Assembly (NCBI GenBank): GCA_963676395.1
Contig: OY781066.1
Location: forward strand, 2,271,626-2,335,625
From: a bacterium
Lineage (GTDB): Bacteria; Fidelibacterota; Fidelibacteria; Fidelibacterales; Fidelibacteraceae
Direction: 5' to 3'
Length of the DNA: 64,000 bases
The notes beneath the pieces are model-generated. The model saw nothing but the letters and a program-made list of their open reading frames with translations, had not been told where the DNA came from and made no database searches. The position numbers were made by a program, and so were the translations under genes. Positions 18,831 through 29,703 of the stretch are shown in pieces. The first letter of the stretch is position 1. Each line of letters begins with the position of its first letter.

Positions 18831-20591
18831 TTAATGGTGAACTTCTTTTTCTTCATAATTTATTTTTCCTAATTGCCGTTCTATCATTTTCGCAAAAATA
18901 CCACCTTGCTCTTCCAGCTCTGAAGGTGATCCGCTTTCGGAAACCCTGCCATTTTCAAGAACAATAATTTTATCCGCATTGGCCACCGTTCGCATTCTAT
19001 GAGCGATAATCAATACCGTCTTATTGCGAATCAGTGCCGAAATACCTGTTTGTATCTTTGTTTCATTCTCCACATCAAGCGAGGCGGAAGCTTCATCCAA
19101 CAAAACGATCGGCGCATCTTTCAACAATGCCCGTGCAATGGATATTCGCTGACGCTCACCACCAGATAGGGTTTCGCCGTTTTCGCCTATAACGGTTTGA
19201 TAACCACCCGGCATTTTATTAACAAATTCATCGCATTGTGCCAGTTTTGCTACCCGCATGACATCTTCATCACTGGCATCACGTTTACCAATACGGATAT
19301 TGTCCATCACCGATGTATTAAACAATACAACATCCTGAAAAACAATTGAATAATTTTTTAACAATATCTCTGGATCAATCTTACTGATATCCTGATTTCC
19401 AAGAAGAATTCTTCCCGAATCAATATCCCAAAATCGTGCAGAGAGTTTGGCCGATGTGCTTTTACCACCTCCAGAAGGTCCCACCAATGCCGTGATCTCA
19501 CCCTGTTTCGCCGTAAACGACACATTATGTAAAACCTGTTTGCCCGTTTCGTATGAAAAATCAACCTTATCAAATACAATATCATAATTGTCCGGATTGA
19601 AAGCTTTACTTCCCCGCTGAATCGGAAGCGCTTCCATTTCATTCACACGATTGATACGGACATCAAGAAAGAACAAAGCAGCCATATTGTTAAATACTTC
19701 ACTTATTGGATTATAAACGCGGGAAGCGATCATCAGAAAAATAAGATAAACAAACAGATCCAAGGTACCTGCCGACAGAAGTTTCGCACCTACGATCACA
19801 ACACTAGCCAGTCCAAGTTTCAATAAACTCTGCGCTGAATTGACCAGTCCGCCGGCCAATAGTTCTCCACGTACCAGTTGCTTTTCGTATATAGCAACTT
19901 TTTCATGTAAAGTGTCAATATAGGCATTTTCCTGATTGTAAGATTTGATCTCCTGAACAGCATCCAGTCCTTCCTGTATGTGTTCACTGACATCTCTTTT
20001 CTTCAAATAGAGCGAAATATTTTCCTTGTCGAGTTTTTTCTTTGCGATAAGAATAATAACAGCCGCAAACGGCACAACCCAAAACAAAGCAAATGATAAT
20101 TGCCAATTATAAAAGAATAATCCAATCGCGATCATGGCAAGACTCAACACAGAAGCAAGCAATTGAGGTACTGCGTGTGAAAATGTATGTTCAAGATCAG
20201 TGCAATCAGTCATGATCGTTGAAGTAAGATCGGAAAGGTTTTTTTCTCCAAAAAAGGCTAACGGAAGGATCCGTAATTTTTCCGCAAGTGAAATCCGGCG
20301 ATTAGCGCTTTCATCATAGACGGTTGTATACGTGCTTCGGTACTGAAACATGGCAATGACATACATGATTAGCATAAAAATAACGCCAAGTATGATATAA
20401 TACCCTATGCCATTAAATGCCGAAGCGGGAATTCCCAGTACCGGGCGGAGATAATCTTCCAGAAAGAAGAAAAATAAGACAGCCGGCAACATCAACGCGA
20501 TATCAAGCAAAATTGTAAAAAAAGTTCCTTTTAAAAAATCTTTTGCACCCTTGCGTGAAAGCGCAAGTCGTTTTTCCAGTACCTTAAACAT
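18831..20591 (-). CDS. ABC transporter permease/ATPase, second half (YbtQ/IrtB-like)
   Basis: TM domain plus GPSGGGKS, LSGGERQR, LLDEA, IAHR. Confidence 0.9.
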   Translation of the reverse strand: MFKVLEKRLALSRKGAKDFLKGTFFTILLDIALMLPAVLFFFFLEDYLRPVLGIPASAFNGIGYYIILGVIFMLIMYVIAMFQYRSTYTTVYDESANRRISLAEKLRILPLAFFGEKNLSDLTSTIMTDCTDLEHTFSHAVPQLLASVLSLAMIAIGLFFYNWQLSFALFWVVPFAAVIILIAKKKLDKENISLYLKKRDVSEHIQEGLDAVQEIKSYNQENAYIDTLHEKVAIYEKQLVRGELLAGGLVNSAQSLLKLGLASVVIVGAKLLSAGTLDLFVYLIFLMIASRVYNPISEVFNNMAALFFLDVRINRVNEMEALPIQRGSKAFNPDNYDIVFDKVDFSYETGKQVLHNVSFTAKQGEITALVGPSGGGKSTSAKLSARFWDIDSGRILLGNQDISKIDPEILLKNYSIVFQDVVLFNTSVMDNIRIGKRDASDEDVMRVAKLAQCDEFVNKMPGGYQTVIGENGETLSGGERQRISIARALLKDAPIVLLDEASASLDVENETKIQTGISALIRNKTVLIIAHRMRTVANADKIIVLENGRVSESGSPSELEEQGGIFAKMIERQLGKINYEEKEVHH

Positions 20592-22356
20592 GTTGTACCC
20601 CCTTTCCGATGGTCCATTGCACCGATCGTTTGTATTCATTCCACATTGAAAAATACAACCCTTCTTTTTTCAGTAATTCCCAGTGCGTACCGCGTTCATC
20701 AATTCGACCTTCATTTACAACTAAAATGGTATCGGCATGTATAACACTACTAAGGCGATGAGCGATCATTAATACGGTTTTACCCTTTGTAAGCTTTTTG
20801 AGCGCTTCCTGTATCAGATGTTCATTCTCAGGATCAGTAAACGCCGTCGCTTCATCCAAGACAACGATTGGAGCATCTTTTAAAATAGCTCGCGCCAGCA
20901 CAATACGCTGCTGTTCGCCGCCGGAAAGATAGGTTCCGTCAACTCCAATTCGCGTATTCAGTCCATCAGGAAGTTTTTCAATAATCTCCCGGCACTGAGC
21001 CATATCTACAGCTTTTTCAACCTCTTTCAGAGATGCTGAAGGATTCCCATATCTGATATTATCCAATAAACTTGTTTTAAATAACTTTGTATTTTGAAAG
21101 ACAAAAGACACATGCTCCATCAATTGTTTCGGATGGATATCTTTTACATTAGCATCACCGATGCTCACAACACCTTCATCAACATCCCAGAAACGGGGAA
21201 CCAATCTTGCAATTGTAGTCTTTCCACTCCCGGACGCACCCACTAATGCCACCGTTTTTCCATCCGGAATGTAAAAATTCACATCGTCCACGGCTTTTTT
21301 ATCTGCTCCGGGATATGTAAATGAAACACCCATAAAACTTATATTGTGGGCAGCAATGGATTTCGGCGTTGCCGGGATAGGCAAGGGTTCGATGTCAATC
21401 AGCGTTTCCATTCTGTTGATCGCTTCACTAGCCTGACCTAAAGCTTGATTAAGGTACATGCTTTTCATAATGCTTTGTGAAAAAATGGGTGTGATCAGAA
21501 CATACAGGAATAGATTAAGCAAAACACCGGCATAATCACCGGAATGGCCGATCAGAAGAATGGCGACAGGTATCAGAAAAAAAGCAAAGCTATTGATAAT
21601 AACCGTATATGCCGACATAGGAATTTCCCACATTTTAGTATATTTAAATACCATATTTCTGTATTTCAGAATACTCTTGTAAAAATTTTTAAAAGAAAAT
21701 ACCGTTTGTTGGAAAACTTTAACTACCGGAATACCCCGTACATATTCAACAGCTTCCGTGTTCATTTCTTCTAAGGAATTCATATAACTTTCCATAAAAT
21801 ATCGACCTTTTTTACCCATCATAAATCCCATGATAAACATAGAAATAACAATAGGCGAAAGGCAGGCCAATCCAAGCCGCCAATCAAATATAAAGATTAA
21901 CAAAACAGCAATGATAGGCATGATGAAATTTCCGGCAAGATCAGGCATCTGGTGTGCTAAAAAACCATGAGTAATGCTTGCATTATCATCAATGATCTTG
22001 CGAATACGACCACTGGTGTTGTTGTCAAAAAAACCAAGCGGCATGCGAATGATCTTTTCCATAGCAGACTTTCGCATATTGGCTTCAACCCGAAATGCTG
22101 CTAAATGCGAAAATGACAAAGCCATGAAATACAGCAGAACACTAAGAACAGCTAAACCCGCCGCCCACCAAGCGTATGTATTAATAAGAGCAGCGGAGTA
22201 CGAAATTCCCGAAGCAAATAATTCGCGAACAATAAACCATATTAAAACATATGGTGCCATGCCCGCAAAGGTACTGAGAGCGGACAGTAAAAGCGCACTC
22301 GGTAGAAGCGCTTTTCTACCAGTCATGTATTTTTGTAATTCAAATAATGTTTTCAT
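20584..22356 (-). CDS. ABC transporter permease/ATPase, first half (YbtP/IrtA-like)
   Basis: SHLAAF motif, GASGSGKT, LSGGEQQR, LDEATAFTDPENE. Confidence 0.9.
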   Translation of the reverse strand: MKTLFELQKYMTGRKALLPSALLLSALSTFAGMAPYVLIWFIVRELFASGISYSAALINTYAWWAAGLAVLSVLLYFMALSFSHLAAFRVEANMRKSAMEKIIRMPLGFFDNNTSGRIRKIIDDNASITHGFLAHQMPDLAGNFIMPIIAVLLIFIFDWRLGLACLSPIVISMFIMGFMMGKKGRYFMESYMNSLEEMNTEAVEYVRGIPVVKVFQQTVFSFKNFYKSILKYRNMVFKYTKMWEIPMSAYTVIINSFAFFLIPVAILLIGHSGDYAGVLLNLFLYVLITPIFSQSIMKSMYLNQALGQASEAINRMETLIDIEPLPIPATPKSIAAHNISFMGVSFTYPGADKKAVDDVNFYIPDGKTVALVGASGSGKTTIARLVPRFWDVDEGVVSIGDANVKDIHPKQLMEHVSFVFQNTKLFKTSLLDNIRYGNPSASLKEVEKAVDMAQCREIIEKLPDGLNTRIGVDGTYLSGGEQQRIVLARAILKDAPIVVLDEATAFTDPENEHLIQEALKKLTKGKTVLMIAHRLSSVIHADTILVVNEGRIDERGTHWELLKKEGLYFSMWNEYKRSVQWTIGKGVQHV

Positions 22357-22484
22357 GTTTGTTTTCCATTTTTCTTTCTTGTGTTCTCGTCATGACCACA
22401 ATCGGGGATGGAAGAAAATCTTACCATCCCCAACAAAATAACCTAAGGAGAAATAATAATTATCACAGGCAGGCTTTGGGGCAT

Positions 22485-24908
22485 TTATTTAATTTCCAAG
22501 CTTATACCGCCATAAACCATTCTACCATACATGGGTGCATACATAAAGGCTGCATCGTCAAGATACTTTTCATTCTGTATGTAATCGAAAATATTATCTA
22601 CGCCCGCATAAAGCTTAAAATATCCGAAACTCTTTGATACCCGGGCATCCACAAGCATAAATGGATCCGTTTGTTTGATCTTGGATTTATCACCAAACTC
22701 GGGATCGATATCTTCATTATAATAATCGATATACATCCTGCCCTGATAATCTCCTGTTATAGAAATACTCCATGTTCCCGGTTTGTATTCAAAACCGATA
22801 TTTCCGGTAGTTTCCGGCATACGGGAGATATATTTACTTATGTCTTCATACTCCGTACCGATCCAATCACCACGAACTTGATCATATTCACCATGATTGT
22901 AAGTAAAATCAATACTCAAATTTAAATGTCGGAATATGTTTACTGTAAACGATGCTTCAACTCCCTGTACAGTCGCATCATCAATATTTTCCCACTGGTA
23001 ATCATAACCCAATGCAGCAACTGCATCTATTGCATCGACAAAACCAATCTTATTTTTCAAATCCGTGCGGAATAAATTCAAACTCAAACGTGCTTTGTCT
23101 CCGTAATAATCGGCAGATAAATTGTAGCTGACAGAAGTTTCCGCTTTAAGATCCGAAGATTTCCAAACTCGCGGCGAACCACTACAAAGATGCAGATCTT
23201 CAGAGAATCCATAAGGAGCCCGGAAACCTGTACCGACGTTTACTCTAACCGTCAGAGATTCCGAAAGAAGATATTTCACGGCAAGCCGAGGATTTACGAC
23301 GCTTGTATCAAATGATGTGGCAGGGAAAATATTCGTTTCAAAAACCTGTTTGTCGGCAGCATATTCCTCGGAGGAGCTGTGGCGATCCAGGCGAACACCG
23401 GGAACAACAGTCAAAGCAGGACTTACCACCCATTCATCCTGGACATAAGCTCCGAATTCTCGTGCCGATTTATTGCTCGTTGATCGATATGATTCTCCAT
23501 AATAATCACTTTCTCCATCCACGACCACATACATTCCGGATTCTTCCAATGCATCCGAATAAGCTTGGGCACCGAATAACAAGGTATGTCCGTCTAGTTT
23601 AATACCATAATTCAATGTTGCGGTAAATGAATTTTCCCCGGCAAGATAAGGACGCATATCTCTCAAATCAGGTACACTGTCATGATGAGTTGCCATATAA
23701 TCTCCAAGAAAAGAATCATTCGTTGCATTTCGGTTATGATTCACAAAACCCACCGAGAAATTTAAATCGGAATTATTTTTAAAGATCTTTGTGTAATCCA
23801 ACTGGGTTTCATAACGCCGAGTTTCAATAGATTCGGTTCCATCTGTCAGAGGATTTTTGTAATAATCATCTGTGGTTGTACCGCCTTTTCTCAGTTCATT
23901 GATCACCTTCCCGGAAACAATCAACTTATCATTATCAAAAAGTTTATTATACAAATAAAGGTTAAAGCCGGCATTGGTTAAATTGCTTTCAACACGGTCG
24001 GAGATACCATCGGGTATCTTAACTTCTTCCGCTGTCGCTCCCTCACCGGTTTCATCAACAGCATCTCCTGTTACATGTTCGGCAAAGATATTAAGGCCCA
24101 TATCTCGTTTTTCGTTTCTCATGGTTGAAAACACATTGAAACGATTTGTGTTATAACTACCCAATTGTACATTAATTTTCGTCGAAGGTATTAGAGAGGG
24201 TTCCTTGGTGATAATATTGATCGCACCGGCAACAGCCGAACTACCGTATAATGCCGATCCGGCACCTTTTACGATCTCAATCCTGTCAACATCGACCGTT
24301 CCGATCTGCTGAAGCCCATATACACCCGCTAACCCTGAATATAAAGGCTGTCCGTTAATCAACACTTGGGTGTGTTCAGAACCCAAGCCCTGCATTCTTA
24401 TCATGGTAAAATTGCAATATTGGCACTGACTTTCAACCCGAATTCCCGGCAGTCCTTCCATTGCTTCATAAAGATTAGAGGCATTTTTATTCTCAATATC
24501 CTTTTCTGTGATCACTTCGGTTCTTACGGGAACATTCTTGACATAATGACCGGTTCTTGTACCTGTTACCAATACACGGTCAAGCTCAAGAACATCTTCT
24601 TCAAGAATAAAATCCAGAATTAATGTTTCATTTGCCTCTAAAACAATTGTTTTTTCAAATGATACATAACCGATTGCGTTTACAGCAACGGTATATTTGC
24701 CCTCAGTGAGGCCTGCTAACTTATAATATCCGTTTCCATCTGCCGCAGCTCCAAGATACGAATCTTTAATGATCACATTGGCATAGGGTATGAATTTCCC
24801 ACTAACCGACGATTTGACCGTCCCGCTTATCTCCGTATTGGTAGATACGGAGGCTGCAGTCGCCAGTGACATCATCAGAAGCATGAATAAAGCAGTAACT
24901 TTTTTCAT
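22485..24908 (-). CDS. TonB-dependent outer membrane receptor
   Basis: Signal peptide, carboxypeptidase-like N-domain, VTGTR, RIEIVKGAGSALYG..AVAGAINIITK plug, GVDNIFD, terminal beta strand. Confidence 0.93.
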   Translation of the reverse strand: MKKVTALFMLLMMSLATAASVSTNTEISGTVKSSVSGKFIPYANVIIKDSYLGAAADGNGYYKLAGLTEGKYTVAVNAIGYVSFEKTIVLEANETLILDFILEEDVLELDRVLVTGTRTGHYVKNVPVRTEVITEKDIENKNASNLYEAMEGLPGIRVESQCQYCNFTMIRMQGLGSEHTQVLINGQPLYSGLAGVYGLQQIGTVDVDRIEIVKGAGSALYGSSAVAGAINIITKEPSLIPSTKINVQLGSYNTNRFNVFSTMRNEKRDMGLNIFAEHVTGDAVDETGEGATAEEVKIPDGISDRVESNLTNAGFNLYLYNKLFDNDKLIVSGKVINELRKGGTTTDDYYKNPLTDGTESIETRRYETQLDYTKIFKNNSDLNFSVGFVNHNRNATNDSFLGDYMATHHDSVPDLRDMRPYLAGENSFTATLNYGIKLDGHTLLFGAQAYSDALEESGMYVVVDGESDYYGESYRSTSNKSAREFGAYVQDEWVVSPALTVVPGVRLDRHSSSEEYAADKQVFETNIFPATSFDTSVVNPRLAVKYLLSESLTVRVNVGTGFRAPYGFSEDLHLCSGSPRVWKSSDLKAETSVSYNLSADYYGDKARLSLNLFRTDLKNKIGFVDAIDAVAALGYDYQWENIDDATVQGVEASFTVNIFRHLNLSIDFTYNHGEYDQVRGDWIGTEYEDISKYISRMPETTGNIGFEYKPGTWSISITGDYQGRMYIDYYNEDIDPEFGDKSKIKQTDPFMLVDARVSKSFGYFKLYAGVDNIFDYIQNEKYLDDAAFMYAPMYGRMVYGGISLEIK

Positions 24909-24966
24909 TTTTTTCCTTTCATTTATTAATATGTTTTTGATCTTAAGATACTCAAGAATAAAAAAC

Positions 24967-25038
24967 GAACAGTGTTCACCATTATGTTAAAAAAATATCT
25001 CATTATGGAACAATATTGTTTAATAGCGAACAGTGTTC
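24967..25038. promoter_or_regulatory. Two copies of putative TetR operator GAACAGTGTTC upstream of the TonB receptor
   Basis: Identical 11-bp palindromes at 24967-24977 and 25028-25038. Confidence 0.7.
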
Positions 25039-25061
25039 TCTCGCAAATAAAAAAATATTAT

Positions 25062-25688
25062 TTACTTAGAATTTAAAAAATTGCACTCCTTTAATCCATC
25101 ATATCCTCTGGATATGAATATTAGCATTTCCTGAATAAAGATAACCATGTCATCATAAGAAATATCGTGCATTAGAATTTCTGTGATCATATTAAAAAGC
25201 ATTGACGCAATATTATGAATACAAAATCCCGAAATACGGCAATACATATGCCCCTCAGTTTCTACAGATCTTCCCAAATATTTCAATGATATTTCAGTAT
25301 ACTTTTCGGTCAGTTCTTCTTTATATTTTTCGTAAGAAGAGCCGTATGATTGAAACTCCAATAGCCTTAAGATTTCCCGGTTTTTATCAATAAAACGAGC
25401 AATCTTTTCAATACTATCAATATCTAGGTTCAAATAGTTATTTTTACTTGCAATATTATTATTTTGTTTCAAATCATTAAGCGATTTATCAATTGTATCT
25501 GTTATCGGCTTAACAATGTAAGAGAATAATTTATCTTTATTGCTAAAGTAATTATATACATTGCTGACCGATACACCAACTTCTTTGGCAATGTTGCGCA
25601 TGGAAGCGCTTTGATAACCTTTTTCAACGAACTCGTTTTGAGCTGCATTGATGATTCTGTCTCTGATATGGTCTTTCTTTATTTGCAT
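25062..25688 (-). CDS. TetR/AcrR family transcriptional regulator
   Basis: IINAAQNEFVEKGYQSASMRNIAKEVGVSVSNVYNYFSNKDKLF HTH. Confidence 0.93.
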   Translation of the reverse strand: MQIKKDHIRDRIINAAQNEFVEKGYQSASMRNIAKEVGVSVSNVYNYFSNKDKLFSYIVKPITDTIDKSLNDLKQNNNIASKNNYLNLDIDSIEKIARFIDKNREILRLLEFQSYGSSYEKYKEELTEKYTEISLKYLGRSVETEGHMYCRISGFCIHNIASMLFNMITEILMHDISYDDMVIFIQEMLIFISRGYDGLKECNFLNSK

Positions 25689-25713
25689 GTGTTTTATTAC
25701 ATACCCCATTAGT

Positions 25714-25724
25714 GAACACTGTTC
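25714..25724. promoter_or_regulatory. Third operator copy upstream of tetR (autoregulation)
   Basis: GAACACTGTTC, the reverse complement of GAACAGTGTTC. Confidence 0.7.
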
Positions 25725-25858
25725 TTTTTCAACAAGACAATTTTAATATGATATATTTTCTAAGTCAAGATATTTTAGTAATTAATTTTCTATCAGTTTT
25801 CATCGGGTAAAAACTGGGGGAGTATGTTATCCGGTTTTATTCATATATTCACTTACGA

Positions 25859-26070
25859 TCAAATTCTCATATCTTTTTTCATTCGCTCGATATCGGTCAT
25901 TCAATTCTTAATCTTCTGCTCCTGCTCACGTTTATTGAGTATCTGTGCTGCTATATGATGCGTTACAGGGTCTTTATCATTTATAAAATCAGCTATTCCC
26001 CTATAACACTGGATAGCGTATTGTTCAGCGTTTAAATTTTGGTTTAAAATTGCTTTAACGCATGAAATGA
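25859..26070 (-). pseudogene. Decayed C-terminal fragment of a ferritin-like (DPS-like/bacterioferritin) gene
   Basis: VKAILNQNLNAEQYAIQCYRGIADFINDKDPVTHHIAAQILN continues in frame past a TGA into MTDIERMKKDMR; resembles the DPSL C-terminus (from memory). Confidence 0.55.
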
Positions 26071-26170
26071 TAGATTTTAAATGTGAATATTTATTTTTCA
26101 GCAAATAAGAAATTCTAATAAATGATGGTGTGTGAATCTAGAAAAATTGACAATGCAGAATAATTTATAA

Positions 26171-28177
26171 TTATCTTTTGTTTTTCTGCTTCCTCAATTC
26201 CAATATCTCATCCCTTAATCTGGCTGCTGTTTCAAATTGAAGGTCCTTAGCGGCTTCCTGCATTTGAATGGTGAGGCGTTCGATCATGTCCATGGTTTCC
26301 AACTTGCTCATGGATCTCATCTTGCGCTCGGCCTTGCTGTCAGGTTTATAGTCGGTTTTCATATCTGCAATAGACGTGATATTATTGATCTCTTCCGCAC
26401 TTTTGTAGATAGTTTTGGGTGTCATGCCATGTTTTTTATTATAGGCTATCTGGATCTCTCTGCGACGTTTTGTTTCATCTATGACCGATCGCATAGCATC
26501 GCTCATTTTATCTGCGTAGAAGATAACCAAACCCTCTGAATTTCGTGATGCACGACCGGCTATCTGAAATAATGAGCGTTCGGAGCGAAGGAATCCCTGC
26601 TTGTCGGCACCAAGAATGGCTACCAATGATACTTCCGGAAGATCAAGACCTTCTCTAAGCAGATTTACACCGACGAGGACATCAAATTCGGCCATTCTTA
26701 GCTCTCTGAGAATGACCACGCGCTCCAAAGCGTCAATCTCTGAGTGTAAATAGCGTACACGGATATTGATATTCTTTAAATAATTGGAAAGATCTTCGGA
26801 TTCTCGTTTGGTTAGGGTGGTGACCAGTACGCGTTCTTTTTTCTTTACCCGTTGCTGGATCTCATGAATGAGGTCGTCGATTTGCCCTTCGGTGGGCCTG
26901 ACATTAATATTAGGATCCAGTAGACCTGTAGGGCGTATGATCTGCTCCACAACCACACCTTGAGATTGTTCTATTTCGTAATTCGAGGGAGTGGCCGATA
27001 CAAACACCGTTTGATTTAGCATGTCCTCAAATTCATGAAATTTTAAAGGACGGTTATCGAAAGCAGAAGGCAAACGAAAGCCATGTTCTACCAAAACTTC
27101 TTTGCGAGATCTGTCACCATTATACATGGCGTGTATTTGTGGGATGGTTGCATGGGATTCATCAATAATGGTAATAAAGTCTTCTGGGAAAAAATCCATA
27201 AGTGTAAAAGGCCGTTCTCCCGCTTTGCGAAGAGTAAGGTGTCTGGAATAATTCTCAATACCCGAACAGTATCCCAATTCCTGGATCATTTCTATATCGT
27301 AGTTCGTTCGTTGTTCAAGTCGTTGTGCCTCTAAAAGCTTTCCGTTTTGACGAAGATCATTTAGGCGCTCTTTTAGTTCTTGCTTAATATTTTGCATGGC
27401 AATTTTAACCTTCTCGGCATCTGTAATAAAATGACGAGCCGGATAAATGACAGCAAATTCCACTTCTTTTATTACCCTTCCCGTAAGTGGTTCGATTATA
27501 GAGATCGCTTCAATTTCATCACCCCAGAACTCCAAGCGAATAGCCGAATCTTCGTAGGCCAGGTAAATTTCAACGCTATCACCTCGAACTCTAAATGTTG
27601 AACGCGAAAAAGAAACATCGTTTCTGGAATAGTGAATGAACACCAATCGACTGAAGAGATCCTTGCGGGTTATACTTTCGCCTTGGCGCAAAACAATAAT
27701 TTGTTTTTCATAGTCTTTGGGAGACCCAAGACCAAAAATGCAGGAAACAGATGCGATCAAGATCACATCTCGCCGTCCCAAGAGGGAGGTTGTGGCTTTT
27801 AAACGAAGTTTTTCTATTTCGTCGTTTATATCGGAATCTTTTTCAATATAAGTATCGGTTGTTGCGATATAGGCTTCGGGTTGATAGTAATCGTAATATG
27901 AAATAAAGTATTCAACCGCATTATCCGGGAAAAAACTCTTAAACTCACCGTAAAGCTGGGCCGCCAATGTTTTATTATGCGAAATAATAAGCGTAGGCTT
28001 TTGTACTGCCTCGATCATTTTGGCCATCGTGTAAGTTTTACCGCTTCCCGTTATACCAAGAAGGGTCTGAAAAGGATCACCATTGTTAATCCCCTCAACC
28101 AATGATTTAATGGCTTCGGGTTGATCACCCGAAGGTTGGAAAGGGGAGTGCACTTTTAATTTTTTGTCTATAAACAT
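26171..28177 (-). CDS. uvrB: Excinuclease ABC subunit B
   Basis: [39 protein letters not shown]-terminal UVR domain. Confidence 0.98.
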   Translation of the reverse strand: MFIDKKLKVHSPFQPSGDQPEAIKSLVEGINNGDPFQTLLGITGSGKTYTMAKMIEAVQKPTLIISHNKTLAAQLYGEFKSFFPDNAVEYFISYYDYYQPEAYIATTDTYIEKDSDINDEIEKLRLKATTSLLGRRDVILIASVSCIFGLGSPKDYEKQIIVLRQGESITRKDLFSRLVFIHYSRNDVSFSRSTFRVRGDSVEIYLAYEDSAIRLEFWGDEIEAISIIEPLTGRVIKEVEFAVIYPARHFITDAEKVKIAMQNIKQELKERLNDLRQNGKLLEAQRLEQRTNYDIEMIQELGYCSGIENYSRHLTLRKAGERPFTLMDFFPEDFITIIDESHATIPQIHAMYNGDRSRKEVLVEHGFRLPSAFDNRPLKFHEFEDMLNQTVFVSATPSNYEIEQSQGVVVEQIIRPTGLLDPNINVRPTEGQIDDLIHEIQQRVKKKERVLVTTLTKRESEDLSNYLKNINIRVRYLHSEIDALERVVILRELRMAEFDVLVGVNLLREGLDLPEVSLVAILGADKQGFLRSERSLFQIAGRASRNSEGLVIFYADKMSDAMRSVIDETKRRREIQIAYNKKHGMTPKTIYKSAEEINNITSIADMKTDYKPDSKAERKMRSMSKLETMDMIERLTIQMQEAAKDLQFETAARLRDEILELRKQKNKR

Positions 28178-28245
28178 TCTTTATTTTATTTCCTGTATTT
28201 CAATAGACTTGGGCTTAACTCAAAGCTAATGAATAATTCCGGGTT

Positions 28246-29598
28246 TTACTCCTCAAACGCTGCCAAAATATCTTTCATCATCTGGTTATTACTGAATTCG
28301 CTTTTATCCGAATAACCCAATCTTACCACAACAAGATCCTTGGAGGGTACCATAATGATCCATTGGCCATCATGTCCTTGACAAAAATAAGTATCTTTCG
28401 GAGCATCTGGCATTTTTTCGCCTGAGGCATTCAGCCAAAAGTATGAGCCATATACGCCATTTGAAGCTTTAGCTGGAGTAACCGTATAATCAACCCAACC
28501 TTCGGGGAGAATGCGTTCACCTTCCCAAATACCATCATTTAAATATAACAAACCAAATCGGGCAAAATCACGAGCCGTCGCGTAAATATATGAGGAACCG
28601 ACAAACGTACCTGAGGCATCGGTTTCGAAAACGGCGGATTTAATATTGATCTTTGAGAATAGCTCATCATAGGGGAAGTTTAAATATGCTTCATCATTAT
28701 CAAAAAGGTTTCTTATTGCTAGAGATACAAGATTGGTTGAACCTGAGGAATAATTCCATACTGTTTCCGGTGCCGCTACAACTTTTTTATTGGCGGTATA
28801 TGAACCGAAATCTCCAACTTTATGAAGCATAACGTTAACATCGGATTCGTTACCGTAATTTTCTTCCCATTCAAGCCCCGAAGCCATGTGCATCATGTTA
28901 TTCCAAGTAATCTTGGCGTGTTCATCTTTTTCCCAACCGGGCATCATAATGGGATCATTGATGTCAATTTTACCCTCTTTGCTTAAAATACCCACCATTG
29001 CATTGGTAAAACTTTTCGCCATGGACCAGCTGAGTAGGCGAGTATTGACATTAAAACCATCAGCATAATCTTCGGCGATTAATTCGCCTTCATGAACAAC
29101 CAAAAGTGCCCTTGTGCCAAGATAGGGGATTTCGTTACTAAAGGCTTTATCATACGCATTTGCCAGTGTTTCGTAATCTACGTTACCGTGCATATGGTTG
29201 ATAACCTGATCACCCACGGGCCAGAGTCTTGAATAATCCATGTCAGTATTGGATTTATATCGTAAAGACGGTCGGTTAAGCACATCTTCTTCTTTGTACT
29301 TACGAACAATGGTGCAACCATGATCTTCGTTGTATACAACCTTTGATTTACGCCAAAGAAAACGAGATGTAACGGATTGTTCCTCCATATTAACTTTGTT
29401 CTTGGTATACTGAATAAATGAGAAATTTAGATCGACCGCTTCAATATCCTCTTGTGTGCGATCTGAAAGAAAAACCCCGGAAGCTAAACCTTTAGCGGCA
29501 TATCCGGTGATAATGGGTAGGAGGGGATTTAAATACAACGCAGCAGCAATGAGAATGACCACTAGGACGCTGAGCGTAATGAGTAATGCTTTTTTCAT
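28246..29598 (-). CDS. Beta-lactamase-related serine hydrolase (class C-like)
   Basis: SWSMAKS (SxxK), WNYSSG, ARDFARFG, GHDGQ; N-terminal signal or anchor. Confidence 0.88.
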   Translation of the reverse strand: MKKALLITLSVLVVILIAAALYLNPLLPIITGYAAKGLASGVFLSDRTQEDIEAVDLNFSFIQYTKNKVNMEEQSVTSRFLWRKSKVVYNEDHGCTIVRKYKEEDVLNRPSLRYKSNTDMDYSRLWPVGDQVINHMHGNVDYETLANAYDKAFSNEIPYLGTRALLVVHEGELIAEDYADGFNVNTRLLSWSMAKSFTNAMVGILSKEGKIDINDPIMMPGWEKDEHAKITWNNMMHMASGLEWEENYGNESDVNVMLHKVGDFGSYTANKKVVAAPETVWNYSSGSTNLVSLAIRNLFDNDEAYLNFPYDELFSKINIKSAVFETDASGTFVGSSYIYATARDFARFGLLYLNDGIWEGERILPEGWVDYTVTPAKASNGVYGSYFWLNASGEKMPDAPKDTYFCQGHDGQWIIMVPSKDLVVVRLGYSDKSEFSNNQMMKDILAAFEE

Positions 29599-29703
29599 GA
29601 GATGCTCCTTTATTTTTTTTATTTCCTATATACCGTGGATAGAAATCCTAATTTATTGTATGGGCGATTCGGAAACCGTCTTTACGGTATCAAAAATTTC
29701 TTC

